The position numbers were made by a program, and so were the translations under genes. The notes under the pieces are model-generated. The model ran no database searches, was not told where the DNA came from, and saw only the letters and a list, made by a program, of their open reading frames with translations. Positions 28,550-37,984 of a stretch of DNA of 64,000 bases are shown piece after piece. The stretch is from an uncultured bacterium. GTDB lineage: Bacteria; Patescibacteriota; Minisyncoccia; Phycocordibacterales; GWA1-40-21. Within the stretch, counting starts at the first letter, position 1; every line of letters begins with the position of its first letter. The DNA lies in assembly GCA_963804975.1 (NCBI GenBank), contig CAWDSG010000002.1:405015-469014 (forward strand), read 5' to 3'.

Positions 28550-29458
28550 TCAAATTTTTTCTATGATTCTTAATTTTGCGCTTCTTGACCGAGGATTCTC
28601 TTTTAATTCATATTCACTTGGCGTAATTGGTTTTTTATTTATAAGCTTTCCTTCTTTTGATTTTGACTTGTCCCTGAAAAAATTCTTGACTTCCCTGTCC
28701 TCAACGCTGTGAAATGAAATTATTGCCATTCGTCCTTCTTTATTCAGCAAATTCCATCCTTTCTCCATTCCTTCTTTGAGAGCGCTGATCTCGTCATTGA
28801 CCGCAATCCTCAAGGCCTGGAATGTTTTTGTGGCAAAATGAATCTTTCCTTTCCTGTAAGATGCCGGAACTGCGTTTCTGATTATTTCCACTAATTCGTC
28901 CGTGGTCTTGATTTCTTTTTTCAATCTTTCTTCCACAATCGCCTTTGCGATTCTTCTTGCATATCTTTCGTCTGAATATCCGTAAAGAATGTCGGCAATG
29001 GTTTCTTCTTTCCAATTATTCAGGATTATTTCGGCCGTCAATATATTTTTTGCCGGACTTTCAGAAAAAGTCATCTGGAGAGGTTCGTTGTTTTTGAAAG
29101 TAAATCCTCTGCCGGAATTTTCTAACTGATCGCTTGAAAGCCCAAGATCCAAAAGTATCGCGTCCACTTTTTGAATATTTAAATCTTTTAGAACCACATC
29201 GATATTTCTGTAATCTGAAAGTACAAGTTTGTAATCGCATCCGATTTTTGCCTGCCCGGCCAGGGAAAGAATTTTTTCGGCATTTTTTATGGCAGACAAA
29301 TCTTTATCTACTGCAATGACCTTCACTTTGCCGCCGAATTCGGAACAGACCTTTGCAGAATGCCCCGCGCGCCCCAAAGTCCCGTCAAAAAATATTGATC
29401 CGGACTTAAGATTTAAATTTTCTATTGCTTCATTTAAAAGAACTGTCTTATGTATCAT
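28550..29458 (-). CDS. rsmH: 16S rRNA m4C1402 methyltransferase
   Basis: HKTVLL, DGTLGRAGHS, DLGLSSDQL, FQALRIAVN, SFHSVEDR, NPRSRSAKLR. Confidence 0.97.
   Translation of the reverse strand: MIHKTVLLNEAIENLNLKSGSIFFDGTLGRAGHSAKVCSEFGGKVKVIAVDKDLSAIKNAEKILSLAGQAKIGCDYKLVLSDYRNIDVVLKDLNIQKVDAILLDLGLSSDQLENSGRGFTFKNNEPLQMTFSESPAKNILTAEIILNNWKEETIADILYGYSDERYARRIAKAIVEERLKKEIKTTDELVEIIRNAVPASYRKGKIHFATKTFQALRIAVNDEISALKEGMEKGWNLLNKEGRMAIISFHSVEDREVKNFFRDKSKSKEGKLINKKPITPSEYELKENPRSRSAKLRIIEKI
29250..29265. repeat. In-frame palindromic insert in rsmH (LAGQA)
   Basis: GCCTGCCCGGCCAGGG; reverse complement of the greA copy. Confidence 0.8.
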
Positions 29459-29462
29459 ATTT

Positions 29463-29897
29463 TTATAACGCGCCCGCCTGTCCGAGTTTCTCCGCCAATT
29501 GGTCTGCTCTCTTTTCCACTCCGCCTTTGTATTCTTTCCAGGCCTCCTCGTTCCAGATTTCCACTCTGTCCTGCACGCCGACTACCGAGACCTTGTTTTT
29601 CAAATCTGCGCGCTTGACCAAGAATTCAGGCAGAAGAATCCTGCCAATAGCGTCCACTTCCACTTCGGTGGCGCTTCCGAACATATAGCGGTTGAAGCTT
29701 CTGTTGTCCGCCTGGAGCATTGAAAAGTTTGAAAGCTTTGATGAAATATTTTTCCACTGCGCGAGAGTAAAAAGCCAAAGGCAGTTATCAAGTCCGGCAG
29801 TCACGATGATTTTCTTGCCGATTTCCTTTCTGAATTTCACAGGCAAAGACACTCTTTTCTTCTCGTCCAGTGTATGTATGTATTCGCCGATTAACAT
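29463..29897 (-). CDS. mraZ: Division/cell-wall cluster regulator MraZ
   Basis: GEYIHTLDEKKRVSLP, VDAIGRILLP, DRVEIW. Confidence 0.96.
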   Translation of the reverse strand: MLIGEYIHTLDEKKRVSLPVKFRKEIGKKIIVTAGLDNCLWLFTLAQWKNISSKLSNFSMLQADNRSFNRYMFGSATEVEVDAIGRILLPEFLVKRADLKNKVSVVGVQDRVEIWNEEAWKEYKGGVEKRADQLAEKLGQAGAL

Positions 29898-29899
29898 GA

Positions 29900-29940
29900 T
29901 AGATTTTTTTAAGCGAGCAAAGCGAGATTTTTAAAAATCA
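29900..29940. repeat. Short hairpin with a GCGAGCAAAGCGAG loop in the mraZ leader
   Basis: GATTTTTTTAA-GCGAGCAAAGCGAGA-TTTTTAAAAATC; the loop resembles the GAGCGAAGCGAG core. Confidence 0.5.
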
Positions 29941-30016
29941 TCACCCTGTGAAATATTTTGATTTATCAAAATCAAATCGTGGAAGATTTATATTTCACTG
30001 AGGTAAATTTTCGTAT

Positions 30017-30086
30017 CTTCCCACTTCTTCCCACCTGATGTATATTTTATTACACTTTATCCCACAATACAACAAGTCATCTCACT
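30017..30086 (-). promoter_or_regulatory. Probable MraZ operator repeats and mraZ promoter
   Basis: GTGGGA/GTG repeats at 10-bp spacing (GTGGGATAAAGTGT...GTGGGAAGAAGTGGGAAG). MraZ is known to bind GTGG direct repeats. Confidence 0.65.
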
Positions 30087-30242
30087 TCTCTTCCGCTATG
30101 ATTCCGGCTGATTATTCAAAAAATATGAATAGAAAAAATACGGCTCAAAATAAGCTTATAAAAATAAAAACGAACAAAAAAGTCATTTGAAACTTTTCCG
30201 CTCGTTTTAAGTTATCAACAGGTTATGAATAGTTCAAAAATA

Positions 30243-30266
30243 AAAGGGTTCCGCACGGAACCCTTT
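30243..30266 (-). terminator. Intrinsic terminator of the orphan RNA
   Basis: AAAGGGTTCCG-TG-CGGAACCCTTTT. Confidence 0.8.
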
Positions 30267-30504
30267 CGGTCAAGCCACAATTTGTTAATTGGCGCGTGGT
30301 ATTTCACTTATGCTTCATTTTCGACTCCAGAATTACTGGCATAATTCTTTCAGTGTCTCCCACGTATTCTACTCAACCAAATAACTCTTATAGGCCCAGT
30401 AACGGGGATCGAACCCGTCCCACCAAAGTTCCTACTCCCATGATGCCTTTCATGAAGGAACCCGACAACTTGGTAGTGCCATGAGAACTTACTGTTGTTA
30501 TCCC
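30243..30504 (-). ncRNA. Unassigned structured RNA (about 260 nt) with a tRNA-type T-arm
   Basis: TTGACT-17-TAATAT promoter (30539-30511), terminator, no credible ORF, several helices including ACGGG-TTCGATC-CCCGT. Confidence 0.6.
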
Positions 30505-30559
30505 AAAAATATATTAATATTTTAAAATAATAAAGTCAAGAAAAAAAATAGTTTTTATT

Positions 30560-32032
30560 TTATCCCCTTGGTCGCATAAACGGAAAAATTTGGCATTCGC
30601 GGGCGGATTTGTCCATAAGAAAAATAAAGAGCAGTTCTGAAAAACCAAATCCGAATGTCGGCGGCATTCCATACTCAAGCGCTTCCACAAAATCGCTATC
30701 CATCATCTGCGCTTCCTCGTCCCCTTCTGCGCGAAGCTTTGCCTGCTCTTCAAACCTTTGCATCTGATCAATCGGGTCATTCAATTCGCTGAAACCCTTG
30801 CCCATTTCATTTCCGGCAAGTATCACTTGGAATCTTTCCACTAGATTTTTATTTTTCTCCATTCTCTTTGCAAGCGGTTCCATTATTACCGGGACATTCA
30901 CAAGAAATCCCGGGCCGGCAATCTGCTTTCTGCAATATTTCCAAAGTGCGTCAATGCCGCGATTCATATTGAATCCTTTCCTGTCATATTCCACTTTCAA
31001 ACTCTGCAATTTCTTTTCTATTTCTTTCATATCTGTTTTTAGCACATCAATATCGGTCGTTTTTTTGATCGTTTCAACATAATCATACTTTTCCCATTTC
31101 TTTCCTAAATCTATATCAAATCCTTTTATCTTGAATTTCAGCGTGCCGAATATTTCTTCCGCGATATATTTATACAAATCCTGTACAAATTTCATACCCT
31201 CGTTGTAATCGGAATATGCCTGATAAAATTCCACCTGCGTATAATCCTGCAAATGCTCGGCATCAACACCCTCATTTCTGAAAATTCTGCCGACTTCATA
31301 AACCTTCGGAAAACCGGCAACAATGAGACGCTTGAGCCAAAGCTCCAGAGAAATTCTTAAATAAACATCCGTGTCATACGCGTTATAATGCGTGATGAAC
31401 GGCTTGGCTTCCGCTCCGCCTGCGGTATTTTCAAGAACTGGTGTCTGTACTTCCATAAAACCTGATTTTTCAAGAAATTTTCGAATTGCGACGAAAAATT
31501 TTGCTTTTTTCTCAATCATATCTTTGACTTTCGGATTGAATATGATGTCCAGATATCTTTTTCTCAATCTTTCTTCTTCATCGGCAAGGCCATGCCATTT
31601 CTCCGGAAGCGGGCGCAAAGATTTGGCAAGCATTTTCCAATCCGCGACTTGCAAAGTTTTTTCTCCTCGCTTCGTCACAAAAAGTTTTCCGGAAATTTCC
31701 ACAAAATCCCCGATATCTGCCGTATCGGAAAATAAATCAAAAAGTTTGCCTGACCGGCCAGGTTCATCCATTTCGTCGCGTTTCAAAAGCCCCTGAAAAG
31801 TTCCTGTGCCGTCATTTATATTAAAAAATACAAGTCCGCCCTGCCCCCTGATGGACATTATTCTACCAACAAGATGAATATCTTTTTCTTTTTTGGATAT
31901 TTTTTCAAAATCAGAAACAACTTCAGCGAGCAAATAATCTTTTTTGGAAACTGCCGGGTAAGGATTTATACCGAGCTTCTCAAGCTTTTTCAGTTTTTCT
32001 ATTCTGGTATTTCTTAATTCTTCAAAAGCCAT
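30560..32032 (-). CDS. lysS: Lysine--tRNA ligase, class II
   Basis: LRPLPEKWHGL, GGAEAKPFITH, GRIFRNEG, ELNDP, ALEYGMPP. Confidence 0.97.
   Translation of the reverse strand: MAFEELRNTRIEKLKKLEKLGINPYPAVSKKDYLLAEVVSDFEKISKKEKDIHLVGRIMSIRGQGGLVFFNINDGTGTFQGLLKRDEMDEPGRSGKLFDLFSDTADIGDFVEISGKLFVTKRGEKTLQVADWKMLAKSLRPLPEKWHGLADEEERLRKRYLDIIFNPKVKDMIEKKAKFFVAIRKFLEKSGFMEVQTPVLENTAGGAEAKPFITHYNAYDTDVYLRISLELWLKRLIVAGFPKVYEVGRIFRNEGVDAEHLQDYTQVEFYQAYSDYNEGMKFVQDLYKYIAEEIFGTLKFKIKGFDIDLGKKWEKYDYVETIKKTTDIDVLKTDMKEIEKKLQSLKVEYDRKGFNMNRGIDALWKYCRKQIAGPGFLVNVPVIMEPLAKRMEKNKNLVERFQVILAGNEMGKGFSELNDPIDQMQRFEEQAKLRAEGDEEAQMMDSDFVEALEYGMPPTFGFGFSELLFIFLMDKSARECQIFPFMRPRG
31748..31762. repeat. In-frame palindromic insert in lysS (PGRSG)
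   Basis: GCCTGACCGGCCAGG. Confidence 0.8.
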
Positions 32033-32043
32033 TATTTAATATT

Positions 32044-32526
32044 TTATTTTACATCAACAACTTTATATTCCATTTTCCCGCTTGGAGAATTAAAAGAAAA
32101 CGATTCGCCTTTCTTTTTGCCGAGCACCGCTGCGCCGATCGGAGATTTGTTTGATATCTTGCCGCCTGACATATTTGACTCGGCCGAACCAACAATCATA
32201 AAAGTTCTTTTTGTTCCCTGGCCGGGCAGGCCGTCATTTTTCTCCACAGTCACCGTGCTGCCTATCATCGCATGGTCGCCGTGCCTGTCTTCCACCACAA
32301 TGGAATTCTTCAATATTGATTCAAGTTTGGAAATCCTCTCTTCTATATCCGCTTGCTGGGCCCGCGCTTCATGATATTCGGCATTTTCCGAAAGATCACC
32401 GAGCCCGCGCGCATAATCAAGCGCTTCGGCAACTTCTTTTCTTTTTACATTCTTAAGTTCTTTGAGCTCGGCTGCCAATTCATCATACTTCTGTTTCGTA
32501 AGATACTCTCTTTGTACATCGGCCAT
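32044..32526 (-). CDS. greA: Transcription elongation factor GreA
   Basis: GDLSENAEYHEAR, ISNKSPIG.A.LG. Confidence 0.96.
   Translation of the reverse strand: MADVQREYLTKQKYDELAAELKELKNVKRKEVAEALDYARGLGDLSENAEYHEARAQQADIEERISKLESILKNSIVVEDRHGDHAMIGSTVTVEKNDGLPGQGTKRTFMIVGSAESNMSGGKISNKSPIGAAVLGKKKGESFSFNSPSGKMEYKVVDVK
32216..32231. repeat. In-frame palindromic insert in greA (LPGQG)
   Basis: CCCTGGCCGGGCAGGC. Confidence 0.8.
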
Positions 32527-32640
32527 CCCAGTTGTAAAATTTTAAAGCTACTAATGTTTATTTTGACCTTTATAATGATTTAAACTCACTCAAACTCTTG
32601 CTTTGTTATTGTCCTATCGGAATTTACAACGGGACAAGTG
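32527..32640 (-). mobile_element. 114-bp MITE-like element abutting the greA start codon
   Basis: Inverted ends CCCAGTTGTAAA...TTTACAACGGG; ungapped homolog at 34422-34535. Confidence 0.65.
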
Positions 32641-32717
32641 ATATTAGATTTTGTTATATTTATAAACTTGCGCAAATTCTAGCAATTTTAAGGCGGAAAG
32701 TAAAGGATTTTTTATTC

Positions 32718-34421
32718 TTATTTCAGATACTCCGGTTTGTTCGCATTCATCCAGTCAAAAACCTGCCTCATCACATAAACGCCTCCGAGAGTATTCGCCG
32801 CCGGGCCTTTTTCCATAACCACGGCAAAAGCGTATTTCGGATTACCATACGGGAAAAATCCTGTCACCCAAGAATTGGTAAATTGGTTATTAACGCCAAG
32901 CTGAGCCGTGCCTGTTTTTGCGGCAATTGCCACATAAGGAACATTGAGGCCGACCGCCACGCCGCCCTCCACATCCATTCTCATGCCGGCGCGCACGATG
33001 TTAAAATAATTTTTGTCAAAATTTAATTGTGTGAAATCATTCGGATTTCCGCCTGAAATTATAGACGGCGCCAAAAGTTTTCCGCTATTTGCAATGCTTG
33101 CAATCGCCCTTGCCATCTGGATCGGAGTGACTTGCCAGCCGTATTGCCCTATCGCCGTATGATACGTGTCACCGATAAGCCAGCTTTCATTATTGAAATT
33201 TTCCGCTTTCCATTCCGGGTTCGGAACAGTGCCGGCGCTGCCATTGAAAAATCCTTCAGGCAAATCTTTTCCAAAACCGAACATATCCATATATTTGTCT
33301 ATCATATTTATGCCGAGGCCTTTCTGGTTTTCATATCCTCCGCCGATTTCATAAAAATAAACGTCTGAAGAAACGGCGATGGCCTGCTCCATATCAACCC
33401 ATCCTTGCGGCCTCCAATCTTTGAATATTGAAGGATGATTCGGATCATACGGATTGGGAACGGAAATTGAACCTGTACTTAAAATCTTGGTTTTCGGATC
33501 AATAATTTTTTCGGAAAGAGCGGCAAGAGCTATAAAAGGTTTTACGATTGAACCCGGCGTGTAGAGGCCGTTGATCGCCCTGTTCAGAAATGGATTGTTT
33601 TTATCGCTAAGAAATCGGTTGATCGCTTTTGTGTTTGTCTTATCGGTCAAAATCTGGGAATCATATTCCGGAAAGCTTGTCATGGCTATTACCTCGCCTG
33701 TGTTTGCATCCATTATGACTCCTGCGCCGCCCGTAAATCCGGTTTGCGCCGTGAGGCCGGCAATAATATTATAAAGCTCGGTTTGTACATCGGAATCTAT
33801 TGAAAGAGTGATATTTTCACCGTCAATCGGCTTTTGTTCAACGCTTTGCGACTCTATATTTCCGTTTGCATCCGTTTCAACGATGCGGAGGCCGTTTGCT
33901 CCGGCAAGCTCTCCATTAAAAAATTTTTCCACCCCGTCCTCGCCGACAAAATCCTCATTATAATAAAAACCGGAATTATCTTTCTGCGGATATTTCAAAT
34001 AACCGACGAGATCGGATAAACCCGGCGCGTCATCGTAAATTCTTAGCGAAAATTCCGGAGTGCTTGAGCCGGCAATGTTCCAAGCGAGTTCTTCGCCGTT
34101 TCTGTCGTAAATAACGCCTCTTTGCGGAAAAAGAATCGTGTATCTGAGCATGTTATTGTTGCTTTTTTCGAGATATTCGCTGCCATGAACCGCCTGCAAT
34201 AAAAAAGATTTGATAAAAAAAAGGCAAAAAATCAAAACACAGAATATGCCGAAAGAAATGAATGTTTTTGAGGAAATTGTTTTTTCAAGCCGCCCTTCAA
34301 ACTGGTTTACGTCGAATTTCGGCAGATTTTCCGAATCCAAAAAAATCTCGTCAGGATCGATATCTTTTATCCTGCTCTCGTACCGATTATTTCTGAATTT
34401 TCTCTTGAATTTATTGAACAT
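32718..34421 (-). CDS. mrdA: Penicillin-binding protein 2
   Basis: PGSIVK (SxxK), SSD (SxD typical of PBP2), KTGT; follows mreBC(D). Confidence 0.88.
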   Translation of the reverse strand: MFNKFKRKFRNNRYESRIKDIDPDEIFLDSENLPKFDVNQFEGRLEKTISSKTFISFGIFCVLIFCLFFIKSFLLQAVHGSEYLEKSNNNMLRYTILFPQRGVIYDRNGEELAWNIAGSSTPEFSLRIYDDAPGLSDLVGYLKYPQKDNSGFYYNEDFVGEDGVEKFFNGELAGANGLRIVETDANGNIESQSVEQKPIDGENITLSIDSDVQTELYNIIAGLTAQTGFTGGAGVIMDANTGEVIAMTSFPEYDSQILTDKTNTKAINRFLSDKNNPFLNRAINGLYTPGSIVKPFIALAALSEKIIDPKTKILSTGSISVPNPYDPNHPSIFKDWRPQGWVDMEQAIAVSSDVYFYEIGGGYENQKGLGINMIDKYMDMFGFGKDLPEGFFNGSAGTVPNPEWKAENFNNESWLIGDTYHTAIGQYGWQVTPIQMARAIASIANSGKLLAPSIISGGNPNDFTQLNFDKNYFNIVRAGMRMDVEGGVAVGLNVPYVAIAAKTGTAQLGVNNQFTNSWVTGFFPYGNPKYAFAVVMEKGPAANTLGGVYVMRQVFDWMNANKPEYLK

Positions 34422-34535
34422 CCCAGTTGTAAAATTTTAAAGCTGTTAATATTTGGTTTTATTTTTATATTAATTTTTAATTTTTCTATATTTTTCTTCG
34501 TCATTATCAGTTCGGAATTTACAACTGGACAAGTG
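34422..34535 (-). mobile_element. 114-bp MITE-like element abutting the mrdA start codon
   Basis: CCCAGTTGTAAA...TTTACAACTGG ends. First 23 bp identical to, and last 24 bp one mismatch from, 32527-32640. Confidence 0.65.
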
Positions 34536-34543
34536 GTTGATTT

Positions 34544-34807
34544 TTAAATTCGGTAAAATTTTATTATTTTTTTCAATGGGAAAGACAAAATAAATATAAT
34601 GATCGCAAGCGCGGTGAAAACATAATGGAAATGGATTCCCATGAATCCTCCGCCGCCATAGAGGATATCCAGAATGAAAGCCCAGACGATTGATTCAACG
34701 AATATATGGAAAATAAAAATAAACGCGAAAATCAGAAAAAAAGTGAGATATGGCGGAAGAAGAAAAACCGACAGGATAAGTATGCAGTTTGAAAAAATCC
34801 GCGTCAT
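34544..34807 (-). CDS. Small membrane protein, MreD-like by position
   Basis: Hydrophobic 87 aa between mreC and mrdA. Confidence 0.6.
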   Translation of the reverse strand: MTRIFSNCILILSVFLLPPYLTFFLIFAFIFIFHIFVESIVWAFILDILYGGGGFMGIHFHYVFTALAIIIFILSFPLKKIIKFYRI

Positions 34808-34809
34808 GG

Positions 34810-35616
34810 TTATTTGGTCTTATCGCCCGGCAAGACTTCCACATATTGGAGCTCCGAAATATTTACCGGATTTTTGAATAAAATTGTTTCAAAAGAATCG
34901 GCAGGCTTTGATTCTATTTTTTCCACTGCGCTGAAAACATTGTATGAAATCGACGGAACAACGATTGGATCTCCGATTTTAATATCGGAGCCGGCCGGCG
35001 TTTTGGCAACGAAATTTCCTCCTCCCATTCCATTAGCTTCTTTTTCAATTTTATCGCTGCCTATAAGCACATTCATTTTTTCTCCGGACGAAGAATATAA
35101 GACGACTTTTGACGAATAATCATACAATTCGGCGACATAGCCGATATAAATATTTCCGTTTGCCAAAACCTGATCTCCAGCCGATATGTCGTCTTCGCTC
35201 CCGGCATCGATTATCAGAGTATCATACGGCGATAAAAACGGTTTAGTTAAAATTGCCGCAAGAATTTCCTTTTGGCTGTTATTTTTCCTGCCAAGAATAT
35301 TTTTCAGGTTGTCATTCTCATTTTTTATCGCTTCAAAAAGAAGTTGATTCTCCCGGTCATTTTCCAGCGATTTTTTCAGCAGATTATTCTCGGCAATGAG
35401 CGAAGATTTGGAACGCATAAGCTCTATGCTTTCGGAAAAGAAAACTGTGATGGAATTTCTGATATTCCAAAAAGGCGAAGCAACGCCGAATAAAATATTC
35501 CTCGGCGCATAAAAAGAGAAAATCACTATGAAAAAAACAACGAAAAAACTTGCAAGAATAAATTTCTTTTTGCCGCTTCTTTGTCCAAAATTGTCATTTC
35601 TTAGGCGGAAGTTCAT
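34810..35616 (-). CDS. mreC: Rod shape-determining protein MreC
   Basis: TM, coiled coil (ENDNLKNIL), LIIDAGSED.I..G, IG.V; downstream of mreB. Confidence 0.88.
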   Translation of the reverse strand: MNFRLRNDNFGQRSGKKKFILASFFVVFFIVIFSFYAPRNILFGVASPFWNIRNSITVFFSESIELMRSKSSLIAENNLLKKSLENDRENQLLFEAIKNENDNLKNILGRKNNSQKEILAAILTKPFLSPYDTLIIDAGSEDDISAGDQVLANGNIYIGYVAELYDYSSKVVLYSSSGEKMNVLIGSDKIEKEANGMGGGNFVAKTPAGSDIKIGDPIVVPSISYNVFSAVEKIESKPADSFETILFKNPVNISELQYVEVLPGDKTK

Positions 35617-36655
35617 CTTCTTTCTGTATTAATACATCCTTATACGTTTCCATATTTTCAAGGATGATTCCTGCTCCTCTCGCTACGGCAGTAAGCGGAT
35701 CATCGGCAATTCTCACGGGAATTTTCAGATAATTGCTCAAAAGATTGTCAAATCCTTTTATAAGCGCTCCTCCGCCGAAAAGATATATGCCGCGTTGCAT
35801 TATATCGGAAAGAATTTCCGGAGGCGTGGTTTCAAGAACTTCTTTCGTGCCTTCAACCAAACTTTCAATGGATCCCGACATTGCTTCCCTCACATCGGAA
35901 TCCGTAAGAATAACTTCTCGAGGCAGACCGGTTATCAAGTCCCTTCCTTTTATAGGAGCTTCAAGTATCTCGCATGGAACAACCGAACCGATGCATATTT
36001 TTATATTTTCAGCGGTTTTTTCTCCTATCAATATTTTAAATTCGCTTCTGATGTAGCTTATAATGTCGTTGTTCAATTTATCTCCGGCGATTCTTAAATT
36101 TTTTGACCTGACAATTCCCCCAAGCGATATGACCGCAATATCCGAAGTTCCTCCGCCGATATCTATAACCATATTTCCAACCGGATCGTGTATGGGCAAA
36201 CGAATGCCGATCGCCCCCGCCATCGGCTCTTCGACGATATGAACTTCACGTGCGCCGGCATTCCTTGCGGCATCGCGGACCGCGCGAATCTCAACATTTG
36301 TCACACCGCTTGGCACACCGACTACAACTCTCGGTCCGAGTATTTTAGGGGAAAGTTCCTCAGCTTTTTTGATGAGGTATGCGATCATTTCTTCAGTTAC
36401 TTCAAAATCAGAAATTACGCCGTCAACTAACGGCCTGACAGCCGCAATATGTGGAGGAGTTCTGCCGAGCATTTCTCTTGCTTGCGCTCCGACTGCTACT
36501 ACTTGTCCTGTTTTTTGATTCAGGGCAACTACCGACGGCTCGTTTATGACAATTCCCTTTCCGGCCAAATAAACCAGGGTATTTGCCGTACCCAGATCAA
36601 TCCCAATGTCATTGGAAAGATATTTGTCTATTTTTTTTCTGAGATTTTTAAACAT
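35594..36655 (-). CDS. mreB: Rod shape-determining protein MreB (operonic copy)
   Basis: GIDLGTANT, DIGGGT, ETTPPE, GGGALI. Start taken at ATG 36655. Confidence 0.95.
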   Translation of the reverse strand: MFKNLRKKIDKYLSNDIGIDLGTANTLVYLAGKGIVINEPSVVALNQKTGQVVAVGAQAREMLGRTPPHIAAVRPLVDGVISDFEVTEEMIAYLIKKAEELSPKILGPRVVVGVPSGVTNVEIRAVRDAARNAGAREVHIVEEPMAGAIGIRLPIHDPVGNMVIDIGGGTSDIAVISLGGIVRSKNLRIAGDKLNNDIISYIRSEFKILIGEKTAENIKICIGSVVPCEILEAPIKGRDLITGLPREVILTDSDVREAMSGSIESLVEGTKEVLETTPPEILSDIMQRGIYLFGGGALIKGFDNLLSNYLKIPVRIADDPLTAVARGAGIILENMETYKDVLIQKEDELPPKK

Positions 36656-36659
36656 TTTT

Positions 36660-37919
36660 TTATTTATATTTCTTAACAAAATCAAAAAGCTCTTTTTCTT
36701 TCAGCATTGAGACCTTTTCGGTTTTTCTTTCTTTGATCTCAAGCTCTCCCTTTTCCAAACCTTTTTCAGAAACGACAATTCTCAAAGGAATTCCTATCAA
36801 GTCAGAATCGGCAAATTTTTCTCCAGCGCGGGCATCTCTGTCGTCATACAAAACTTCTACGCCGACTTTTTCAAGCTCGTTGTAAATTTTTTCCGCTTCT
36901 TTTTTAACTTTTGAATTTTCCGATGGTAACTCAATCAGATGAACTTTGAAAGGCGCGACAGATACCGGCCAAACCATTCCTTTTTCATCGCAAAGTATTT
37001 CCACTATGGCACCCATTAATCTTCCAAGACCTATGCCATAACTGCCCATTATCACCAATTTATTTTCGCCTTTTTCATTATTATATTTCAAATCAAACGG
37101 CTCCGAAAATCTTGTTCCAAGAGAGAATATATTGCCAACTTCAATGGCTCTTTTCTCCGTCAAATTATCTTTTTTGAAACCCAAACTCTTTAAAATTTCA
37201 TCTGTATAAATCTCCTTATTTACAGCCATTCCTTTCTTTTCATCAAGATAAATAGTGTCTTCTCCTGCATCAGTTATAGCTTGAAATTCGTGTGAAAATT
37301 TTGAAAAGGAACCGCCAGAAGCAAAAGTGAAATAAGTCAAATCACCTATACCAACTCTTTCAAAAATTCTTTTGTAGGCCTTTTTAGCTTTTTCATAAAA
37401 ATCATTGTGTTCTTTCTCGTCTTTTGAAAAAGAATACAGCGCTTTCCAATAAAATTCCCTTCCCCGCAAAAGGCCTGATTTGCTTCTTTCCTCGTTCCTG
37501 AAAATTTCCTTGAAATCATACGGATACATCGGCAAATCTTTATAAGAACTTATGTATTGTTTCAATATGTTTGAATACGCCTCTTCGTTTGTAAAAGACA
37601 ATCCGACGTCTGTGCCGTTTTTTAATTTTGTTTTAAACCAGTTATCAACGACCTCGTCGTTCCATCTTCCCGATTTTTCCCAAACTTCTTTGCTCTGGAT
37701 GATGGATGTCTTCATTTCTTGCCCACCGATTGCATTCATTTCTTCACGGATGATAGCTTCGAGTTTTTTCATAACTCGCAGTCCAAGCGGCAAATAAGAA
37801 TAAATTCCGGCCATTTCTTTATTTATAAATCCGGCGCGAATAAGGAGATTTGCGTTTTTTGACACCTCGTCTTTTGGCCCTTCCTTGCGGGTCTTGCTAA
37901 GCAGCTCTGATTGTCTCAT
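36660..37919 (-). CDS. proS: Proline--tRNA ligase (short, no INS editing domain)
   Basis: LIRAGFI, FRNE.R...GLLRGREF, IEVGNIF.LG, MGSYGIG. Confidence 0.93.
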   Translation of the reverse strand: MRQSELLSKTRKEGPKDEVSKNANLLIRAGFINKEMAGIYSYLPLGLRVMKKLEAIIREEMNAIGGQEMKTSIIQSKEVWEKSGRWNDEVVDNWFKTKLKNGTDVGLSFTNEEAYSNILKQYISSYKDLPMYPYDFKEIFRNEERSKSGLLRGREFYWKALYSFSKDEKEHNDFYEKAKKAYKRIFERVGIGDLTYFTFASGGSFSKFSHEFQAITDAGEDTIYLDEKKGMAVNKEIYTDEILKSLGFKKDNLTEKRAIEVGNIFSLGTRFSEPFDLKYNNEKGENKLVIMGSYGIGLGRLMGAIVEILCDEKGMVWPVSVAPFKVHLIELPSENSKVKKEAEKIYNELEKVGVEVLYDDRDARAGEKFADSDLIGIPLRIVVSEKGLEKGELEIKERKTEKVSMLKEKELFDFVKKYK

Positions 37920-37984
37920 AAGCAAAATGATAGCTTAATTCCATATAAAAAACAAATGTTTGACAAAAAGAAAAGTTGGTTCCA

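Noticed and set aside
30050-30230. Replication origin
   Set aside because: Only one near-consensus DnaA box (TTATCAACA at about 30212); no box cluster and no dnaA nearby.
30243-30504. Canonical tRNA or tmRNA
   Set aside because: No CCA, no G3.U70 pair, no anticodon arm or tag reading frame; kept only as an unassigned RNA.
32527-34535. DGR template/variable repeat pair
   Set aside because: Mismatches are not confined to adenines, both copies are non-coding, and no reverse transcriptase is present.
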